Source of the DNA: Candidatus Micrarchaeota archaeon
Lineage (GTDB): Archaea; B1Sed10-29; JAJRYS01
Direction of reading: 5' to 3'
DNA length: 43,741 bases
Assembly (NCBI GenBank): GCA_964643685.1
Contig: CAZXTN010000006.1
Location: forward strand, 1 to 43,741
Part shown: one piece after another, positions 36,628 through 43,741 of the stretch
Layout: the number at the start of each line of letters is the position of its first letter
How positions within the stretch are numbered: position 1 is the stretch's first letter
Position numbers and translations under genes: made by a program
The notes under the pieces: model-generated
The model's database searches: none
Told to the model about the DNA's origin: nothing
What the model saw: the letters and a program-made list of their open reading frames with translations, nothing else

Positions 36628-36716
36628 TACAAACTTTTGAAAAGTTTGTATCAAACACTCTATCTTCGGCTTAACGCCTCGATAGACTAGTTCAAGGCTC
36701 GCAAGAGCCTTGAAAA
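36628..36716 (+). repeat. tRNA-trailer multi-hairpin element, copy 3
   Basis: AAACACyCTATCTTCGGCTTA(A)CGCCTCGATAGrCTAGTTCAA shared with the tRNA-Arg trailer. Confidence 0.78.
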
Positions 36717-36732
36717 AAAATTAAAAAAATGA

Positions 36733-37971
36733 GTGAATATGACTGAATGGAAGCCGCCTCGCGGCACAAGAGATTACTTACCAGAAGAAACAAAGCAGAG
36801 GAACAAGTTAATTTCAAAAATGAGAAGCGTCTTCGAGTCATACGGCTACGGAGAAGTAATCACGCCAGCCTTTGAAAGCTTCGAGTTACTAGCTAAAAAA
36901 TCAGGCCCTGAAATAGAGCAGGAAATCTATTCATTTGAAGACAAATCAGGAAGAAAGTTGGGACTAAGGTTTGACCCGACAGTGCCAATAGCAAGAATCG
37001 TTGCATCAAACCCTTCACTGACAAAGCCAATCAAATACTACTATGTCACTAGAATGTGGAGGTACGAGCGACCGCAAGCAGGCAGATACAGGGAATTCTG
37101 GCAAGCAGGGCTTGAATTAATAGGTTCAAAAACAACAGACGCAGACGTTGAAGCAGTGCAAGTTGCAAGCGATTTGATAAAAGCAGCAACTGACAAGGAA
37201 TTCGTGTTCAAAATAAATTCACGTAAAGTAATTGAAGAAATAGCTGAAAAAGCTGACATAAGCGAAGACAAGAAAGAAGATGCTTTCAGAGCAATTGACA
37301 AGCTGTCAAAAATAGGCGAAGAAGAAGTTAAAAAAGAAATGACTGAAAAAGGAATTGAAAACGAGAAAGCAGAAAAGTTCTTTGAATTAATAAGAAAAAA
37401 AGAAGCAGACATCACAGAACTAGAAGAAATAAAGCAAAAATTAAAAAACATTGGAATTGAAAACGTGGAAATTGACTTGACAATAGTAAGAGGATTAAGT
37501 TACTACACTGGATTCGTGTTCGAAACATTCATTAAAGAAAATCAAGGTATAGGAAGCATATGTTCAGGCGGAAGATACGACAACTTGATCAAGTTATACG
37601 GCGGAGAAGACTTGCCTGCAGTTGGATTCGGCTTAGGCATAGACAGGCTAATGGACGTCATAGGATACAAAGAAGAATACTTCCCATCAATTGCTTATGT
37701 TGCAAACATAAACAAAGAAACTAAAAACCAAGCAATAGAGATAGCAAACCAGCTTAGAAAAGCAGGAATTTCAGCTGAAACAGACTTAATGAACAGAAGC
37801 TTCAGAAAACAACTAGACTACGTCAACGCTAAAAACATTCCATACTGCATAATAATAGGCCCTGAAGAAATCAAAAACCAAGAAGTCACACTGAAAAACA
37901 TGAAAACAGGACAAGAAAAGAAAATAAAAACCAGGAATTTAATTGAAGAAATAAAAAAGGTAATCCAATGA
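36733..37971 (+). CDS. hisS: histidyl-tRNA synthetase
   Basis: PRGTRD, LRFDPT, RYERPQAGRYREFWQ, VRGLSYYTG, GGRYD. Confidence 0.97.
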   Translation: MNMTEWKPPRGTRDYLPEETKQRNKLISKMRSVFESYGYGEVITPAFESFELLAKKSGPEIEQEIYSFEDKSGRKLGLRFDPTVPIARIVASNPSLTKPIKYYYVTRMWRYERPQAGRYREFWQAGLELIGSKTTDADVEAVQVASDLIKAATDKEFVFKINSRKVIEEIAEKADISEDKKEDAFRAIDKLSKIGEEEVKKEMTEKGIENEKAEKFFELIRKKEADITELEEIKQKLKNIGIENVEIDLTIVRGLSYYTGFVFETFIKENQGIGSICSGGRYDNLIKLYGGEDLPAVGFGLGIDRLMDVIGYKEEYFPSIAYVANINKETKNQAIEIANQLRKAGISAETDLMNRSFRKQLDYVNAKNIPYCIIIGPEEIKNQEVTLKNMKTGQEKKIKTRNLIEEIKKVIQ

Positions 37972-38432
37972 AACCAAAACAACAAGATGAAAAGAGAATT
38001 CTTAAAAAAATAAAAGACGCAGACGGAAAAGAATACACTGTTTACATAAAAGAAAAAAAACTAAACAGCCAAGCAAAAGTAACAACAATAACAATAGAAA
38101 ACGAAGAAGGAAAACAAGTAACAACAGCTTCTCTTCTTGAAACAAAAAACAAAGGCAGAAAAAACGCAAGAATAATGAACGTTGAAACAAAAGAACAATA
38201 CAGAAACCAAGGATTTGCAGACACAGTGCTTGGATTTGTTGAACAAGAAGCCCTAATTAAAGGATACAAAAAAGTAGACTTGATATCAGTAAACCAAAGA
38301 AGCAACTTAATGTACTCAAAAAGAGATTACAAAATAGTCACAGGAGCAATGGATCGGGCAAGCAAATTTGTTAAAAAAATAACACCAGCAAATTTCATAG
38401 ACAGAATAAAAGTAAGAAAACTAAAAAGATAA
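37968..38432 (+). CDS. GNAT-family acetyltransferase
   Basis: YRNQGFA motif A; ATGA overlap with hisS. Confidence 0.7.
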   Translation: MKPKQQDEKRILKKIKDADGKEYTVYIKEKKLNSQAKVTTITIENEEGKQVTTASLLETKNKGRKNARIMNVETKEQYRNQGFADTVLGFVEQEALIKGYKKVDLISVNQRSNLMYSKRDYKIVTGAMDRASKFVKKITPANFIDRIKVRKLKR

Positions 38433-38447
38433 ATGAAAAAACAAAAA

Positions 38448-39677
38448 CTAAAATTCACCTAACTTCTTCTGAGCAGTTCCCTTAACTTCTTCAAATAAAG
38501 GCACGCCATACTCACCATCAAAACCAGGCTTAAACTTAACCCCCCCCTCACGATTTAACAGAATATAACTCACTAACTTCTCATCAACAACCCTCTTTAA
38601 TTCCATTTCAGGCACATCAAGCAACACACTCAACTCGCTTCCAAACTCCTTAATCAACTCAAAAGTCTTCACAAACACCTTCTTAGAAGACAAGCTAATG
38701 CCATAAGCGTGGCTAATCAACTCAGCTAAAGGCAACAACTTAACAAACGGCTTAGCTCCCTTCGGCTTAAAACCAACAGGCCTGTCAGCCAACTCCTCAA
38801 CCCTATGCTCAACCCCAATAGTCAAAGGCTTACCGCACACAGGACAGATATTATTCAACTTCTCAGCTTCCTCAGGAGAACATGAAAAATTGCACAACCG
38901 ATGCCCGTCCCAATGATACTTGCCATAAGCAGGGTCAACTTCAATAGTAGACAACAAACCCTCTCCAGTCCTAATTGCATTAATCAAACCCTTGTAATTA
39001 TCAACATCAAAAATCGTAGCCTCCCTTCCAATCCTCCAACTCCAAGGAGAATGAGAATCACTGTTGCTAATCAAATTAATGTCATCAAGTTGAGACAAAC
39101 GCCAGTTCATCTCAGGGTCACTGCTAAGCCCTGTTTCAATAGCATGAATATGCTTAACCCTATCCTGAAAAGCTTCTTTTAAAGAATCAAAACCGCTTTT
39201 GCTTCCAAACACGCCGAACCAAGGAGTCCAAGCATGAGCAGGCACAACCTCAATATCCTTACTTATACTAAGAGCTAAATCAACAGCTTCAATCACAGTT
39301 TTTCCAAAAATAGGACGCCCGTCATAATCCCTGCGCCCCCACTTGTCAAGTTCAGAGTTAAACTGCTCAACTGTTTCCAAATCAGGAGCGATGAAAACCA
39401 AATGCACTTTCCTTCCTTTACCTCCTTGTGAGTACATGAAACTAATCTCACTCGTAGGCACGAAAAAAAGCCCTTCTTTTTTGTAAAAACCAGTTTCTTC
39501 ATCAAACTCCAACTTACTTTTAAGCTCTTCAAGGTACTTGGGATGAGTAAAATCACCAGTTCCTAACAAGTTTAACCCTTTTTCTTTACCTGCTTTTGCA
39601 AGGAAATCCACGTTCATTTTAGGAGAAGTGGCTCTGCTGTACTTCGAATGCAAATGCAAATCAGCAATGATGTGCAT
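38448..39677 (-). CDS. endonuclease Q family (PHP domain + Zn finger)
   Basis: ADLHLHSKYSRATS, GTGDFTHP, PAHAWTPW, ETGLSSD, SNSDSHS, GKYH, CPVCG, PGFDGEYG. Confidence 0.9.
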   Translation of the reverse strand: MHIIADLHLHSKYSRATSPKMNVDFLAKAGKEKGLNLLGTGDFTHPKYLEELKSKLEFDEETGFYKKEGLFFVPTSEISFMYSQGGKGRKVHLVFIAPDLETVEQFNSELDKWGRRDYDGRPIFGKTVIEAVDLALSISKDIEVVPAHAWTPWFGVFGSKSGFDSLKEAFQDRVKHIHAIETGLSSDPEMNWRLSQLDDINLISNSDSHSPWSWRIGREATIFDVDNYKGLINAIRTGEGLLSTIEVDPAYGKYHWDGHRLCNFSCSPEEAEKLNNICPVCGKPLTIGVEHRVEELADRPVGFKPKGAKPFVKLLPLAELISHAYGISLSSKKVFVKTFELIKEFGSELSVLLDVPEMELKRVVDEKLVSYILLNREGGVKFKPGFDGEYGVPLFEEVKGTAQKKLGEF

Positions 39678-39726
39678 GATTAAAAATTAAGGAAAACAAA
39701 GAATAAAAAAAGAGAGGGGAAAAGAT

Positions 39727-41562
39727 TTAGCTTGCATCTTTTGCAAACCAAGCGAACATTACATCATCATCAGAAGAAGAATAATAAACAATGTAAGGTA
39801 CTTCATTTGACCCTAGTTCTAGATCAATATACTTATATGTTCCAAGAGAACTGCCTACTTGTTCAAAATGCCAGCCACTGGAATCTTTATGAGCATATTT
39901 CAAAATTCTATTTGTATTGTCATAATAAGCAATATGAGGGTAATTGTTTGAATCTAATTTCAAACTTGCATAGTATCCTACATGCCCATCATCAGTGTCA
40001 TTCCCTTCTGCTCCATCAATTATTTCAATATTCCAATTTGACCCGTCATACCACACATATTTCAAATCGTCATCACTATCATCAAAATAAGCAATATGCA
40101 CATAATTTGATGAATCCAACGCAATGCTATTAAATTGACCTACATCCCCGTAGGTATCAATTGTAATAATATTAAAAGTTGAACCCCCATCTTGACTATA
40201 AGCTAAATTCAAAGAATGTTGGTCAAAGTCATAATAACTAACGTAAGGGTTTCCATTTAAATCAAAAGCAAGAGAAGAGGAGTAATCATTAACAGAAGTG
40301 GAAGTGAAAGAATCTATTTGAACAGCTGAAACTCCATCATAGTAATATAATTTTCCATCAGCATAGTAAGAAACACCTAATAGCCCATTAGAACTAAACA
40401 TTGAATTAATTCCAAAGACATTAGAATAACTCCCTTCAAGATTTTTTCCAGTCCAACCTCCAACAGAATCTTTTTCAGAGGAAGAGAGATAAGATGAGAT
40501 TGACCCGGTATCATTTAAGAAGAAGATAACTGGCAAATCTGAAGAGTAATTCAAAGCAATTGAAGAAAACTTCCCTTCATCATAATTAGATGTTACTTCA
40601 GAAGGAATGGACCACCCCGAACTTGATTTTGCAGTATAATATAATCTTTGATTAAAATAGTAACTTACATGAGCATGAGGATATGAATCAAGAACCAAAC
40701 TTGTATACCCATCAGAATGAGTTGCTGCTGTTTCCACATGCCAATAAGCACAATCCTGCCCATCATCCCTATCAACAAGACCGTCACAATCATCATCCAC
40801 TCCATTATCGCAAACTTCAACTGCACCTGGATTTACATTTTTATTTGAATCATCACAATCAGCTCCAGAATATTGACAATCTTTTCCACCATATACACCA
40901 TAACCATCGCCATCATCATCAATACAAATTATACAAGTTCCAGAACCATCACATTCTCCCTGATTAGAATCAGCATCAGTACAAGAAGTTCCAGCTGGAG
41001 CATTATCTGCAACACAAGTATGTGAATTTAAATCACAAGAGTAGTCAGAACAATCAGTATCCTCAGGACAACTAGCATCACTTGTACACTGATAAGCAAC
41101 GCATTCCCCGTTTTGACATTCTCCAGCTCCACCATTACATTCAATGCCATTATTATTTTCATAACTGCAATAACCATTCACACAAGAATCAGCAGTACAT
41201 TCATTGCCATCATCACAATCATCATCAACGGAGCAAGTTTGAAGAGGACCACCTGAACAGCCAGTGCTTCCTTCATAAATTCCTGAAGAATTACCTGCCT
41301 TGCAACAAGCAATAGCACCTGGGAAAATCTCTTCACCTGAAGCTGAATCAACACACTGAGTTTCACAACTTGAACAAACAGTATTAGGATTAGCTGCTTT
41401 TAACAAATGACACTGCTCAGCAGCTGCTTGACAGTTACTCATTAAAATATTAGTTTTAGAACTGCCAGCGCTTCCAGTTACCAAATAAACCACGACGCCA
41501 GCAACTAACAAAACAACTGCAATAATAACCAAGTACTCTAAGCTACCCTGCGCTTTCCTCAT
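39727..41562 (-). CDS. large class III signal peptide protein (pilin-like adhesin) with Cys/Asp-rich repeats and propeller-like C-terminal domain
   Basis: MRKA/QGSLEYLVIIAVVL at 41562; DCDD...NPGA.EVCDNGVDDDCDG repeat; PHIAYYD repeats. Confidence 0.8.
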   Translation of the reverse strand: MRKAQGSLEYLVIIAVVLLVAGVVVYLVTGSAGSSKTNILMSNCQAAAEQCHLLKAANPNTVCSSCETQCVDSASGEEIFPGAIACCKAGNSSGIYEGSTGCSGGPLQTCSVDDDCDDGNECTADSCVNGYCSYENNNGIECNGGAGECQNGECVAYQCTSDASCPEDTDCSDYSCDLNSHTCVADNAPAGTSCTDADSNQGECDGSGTCIICIDDDGDGYGVYGGKDCQYSGADCDDSNKNVNPGAVEVCDNGVDDDCDGLVDRDDGQDCAYWHVETAATHSDGYTSLVLDSYPHAHVSYYFNQRLYYTAKSSSGWSIPSEVTSNYDEGKFSSIALNYSSDLPVIFFLNDTGSISSYLSSSEKDSVGGWTGKNLEGSYSNVFGINSMFSSNGLLGVSYYADGKLYYYDGVSAVQIDSFTSTSVNDYSSSLAFDLNGNPYVSYYDFDQHSLNLAYSQDGGSTFNIITIDTYGDVGQFNSIALDSSNYVHIAYFDDSDDDLKYVWYDGSNWNIEIIDGAEGNDTDDGHVGYYASLKLDSNNYPHIAYYDNTNRILKYAHKDSSGWHFEQVGSSLGTYKYIDLELGSNEVPYIVYYSSSDDDVMFAWFAKDAS

Positions 41563-41639
41563 TAAGTGAAAAATAATACAGAAAAAGAATATAAAGGTTA
41601 ATGATAAGGAAAATAAAAAAATTCTAATCAAATAAAAAT

Positions 41640-43741
41640 TTAATAATATTCAGCATATTTTAAATTATCTTGGTATTTATATACAACTACAGGAAGGCCA
41701 TTTGAGTCAACTATTATAGAAGAAAACAAACCAATATCTTGTAAAGTTTTAGAATCAACTGTATGAACATGCCATTCTCCGTTTTCATTAACAGCTACTT
41801 TTAAGCTTATTATGTCCCCATTTTTAGCTGGATAACTAACATAGAGAACAGCCCCCTTATCATAAGAGGAAATGATGTAAGAACCAATGCTATAAGGAAC
41901 TATGTCATCAGTTCCTGGTATAACTTCAGTGGTCCAAGTACCATCTGAATTTTCTTTAGCATACTTCAAATAACCGTTTGTTTTATCAACATAAACTATC
42001 CTTGCATAACCATTACTTAATGTTAAAGAAGGAGTAGAACCAACATCTCCTGTTGAATCAACTATTTTTGTCTGCCAACCTACTGTTCCACCCGGAAGAT
42101 ATCCATACCACTTATAGTTTAAATCATGATTAGTTGTATCATAATAAGCAATATGAGGGTAATTATAAACTGAATCTACTTTAATTGAAGTGCCAAAATA
42201 ATCACTATCTGAATCAAGAGTAAAAACATGCCAGCCACTAGAATCGTTATAAACATACATCAAATCCCCAGAATTAGAACTAGTATAAGAAGCATAAAAT
42301 TTGTTATCTCCCCCTAAATCAGCACTAAAACTATATAAATCAGGTGAAAGAGAATCAAGAAGGATTGGGTTACCTAAAAAGCCTTGCTTGCAATAAACTT
42401 TATAATCAGAACTATTCTCGTATATAAATGTAAAATTACCCATTGAAAAACTACCAAAACTACTTGAAAATAAAGAAGGATCAGAGAAACCACTGCTTGT
42501 TTTAGACACTGCTTTAAGAGAATCTGAATCAGCCACAAAATAGATATGAAGACCATTATACTTGTCGTACATAAGTTCAGGCTTATGCTGTTGAACAACA
42601 CCTGTATTTGAAATAACCTCACTATGCCAATAAGGAATATGCACTGTTTTAACAATAGTATTTTTTAAAACAAACCTATCTGCTACAGTTAAATTAACAT
42701 CATAATCTCCTCCTGAATCAAAAGTATAAGAAGGATTTTCTGTATATGTATCAGGTTGCCCATCACCATCAAAATCCCAATAGTACTGCATTACATAATC
42801 ATTAATTTCATCAGAATCATAAACTCCATAAAATCCAGCATCACTTGCATCAGTGAAAGTACATTCAAAAGTATCAGCATCACATGAATAAGTAAAATCA
42901 GGGTTAGGTTCATTGTTTGAATAAACTGTTTTATAAACTGTTGTACTTCTCCCTCCTCCATCTGTTACAGTGTATTTAACAGAATAAGCCTTAGGCACCT
43001 CAGAGTAAGTATGCGAGGGATTCTGTTCAGTTGAAGTGCTTCCATCTCTAAAATCCCATGAATAAGCAGAAGCATCTGTGCCTTCAGGATCAGAATAACC
43101 TCCTGTGAAAGAATAATCATGCAATTTATTCCAAGTATAACTAATAGAAGAGCTTGGAGCATAATTAGTAGTGACATAAACACTATCATTAACTGCATAA
43201 TCGCTGTCTAAGCCTTTATCATCAGTTACATTTAATTTAACAGTGTAAGTTTCATCTTTAAATGCTTCATTAGAACCTGTGAAATGATGATGAACAGTTG
43301 GCTCTGTTGTAGTTGTTATATTGCCATCGCCAAAATCCCAATTATATTTCACGATTGAACCGTCAGAGTCAGTTGAAGCACTTGCATCAAAATCACAATC
43401 CAAATGCCAGCAGTCAGTTGAAAAACTTGCTGTTGGCTTGTAATCACAATTTGATTCATCAAAAAGGCATTCATTACTACAACCTAAATTTCCTCCATCA
43501 TAACCACGTGACTCGCAAGTTTCACCATTTAAATCAAGAGGAGAAGGCTCGCAGTCTTCACCTGGCTCAACTTCACCATTACCACACTCATAACTGCTAC
43601 ATTTACTTGTGTTGAAACCAGTACAATCAGATAAACAAGACAACTCCCCCTTATCAAAATCAGCAAAATCAGCACAAGTACGCCCATTCAAGTCAGTGCC
43701 GTCGCAAAGTTCTCCTTGTTGAATTATGTTGTCACCGCAGT
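41640..43741 (-). CDS. surface protein with Cys-rich repeats, three PKD domains and propeller-like C-terminal domain (5' truncated)
   Basis: WDFGDG / WDFRDG / WDFDGDG; CGNG.VEPGE.C repeats; frame stays open to the window end. Confidence 0.82.
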   Translation of the reverse strand, partial: CGDNIIQQGELCDGTDLNGRTCADFADFDKGELSCLSDCTGFNTSKCSSYECGNGEVEPGEDCEPSPLDLNGETCESRGYDGGNLGCSNECLFDESNCDYKPTASFSTDCWHLDCDFDASASTDSDGSIVKYNWDFGDGNITTTTEPTVHHHFTGSNEAFKDETYTVKLNVTDDKGLDSDYAVNDSVYVTTNYAPSSSISYTWNKLHDYSFTGGYSDPEGTDASAYSWDFRDGSTSTEQNPSHTYSEVPKAYSVKYTVTDGGGRSTTVYKTVYSNNEPNPDFTYSCDADTFECTFTDASDAGFYGVYDSDEINDYVMQYYWDFDGDGQPDTYTENPSYTFDSGGDYDVNLTVADRFVLKNTIVKTVHIPYWHSEVISNTGVVQQHKPELMYDKYNGLHIYFVADSDSLKAVSKTSSGFSDPSLFSSSFGSFSMGNFTFIYENSSDYKVYCKQGFLGNPILLDSLSPDLYSFSADLGGDNKFYASYTSSNSGDLMYVYNDSSGWHVFTLDSDSDYFGTSIKVDSVYNYPHIAYYDTTNHDLNYKWYGYLPGGTVGWQTKIVDSTGDVGSTPSLTLSNGYARIVYVDKTNGYLKYAKENSDGTWTTEVIPGTDDIVPYSIGSYIISSYDKGAVLYVSYPAKNGDIISLKVAVNENGEWHVHTVDSKTLQDIGLFSSIIVDSNGLPVVVYKYQDNLKYAEYY

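Overview
AT-rich archaeal chromosome segment, most consistent with a DPANN-type lineage (inferred from gene content and multi-intron tRNAs, not from a search). Most of it is housekeeping and cell-surface genes: scpA/scpB, form III RuBisCO, XPD helicase, metG, hisS, eS26-like protein, deoxyhypusine synthase, dph2, pyrH, aRF1, truD, EndoQ, two KaiC-like ATPases, an S-layer gene with a glycosylation cluster, class III signal-peptide pilins and a RelE-type TA module with a frameshifted toxin. The strongest signal is non-coding and is missed by the ORF track. Three tRNA genes (Arg-CCT, Trp-CCA, His-GTG) each carry two BHB-type introns, and all three have one at T-loop position 59/60. These introns fall into homologous, covarying families. 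tRNA-His is followed by a tandem array in which the 3' splice half-site plus 3' exon occurs three times, separated by homologous ~95-100 nt structured units. A solo copy of that unit lies 36 kb away. All three tRNAs share a covarying downstream hairpin element. At four loci (two tRNAs, two protein genes) the 5' end of the gene is duplicated just upstream. Together these suggest a tRNA-associated family of small, structured, possibly mobile RNA/DNA elements. All alignments and folds were done by eye.
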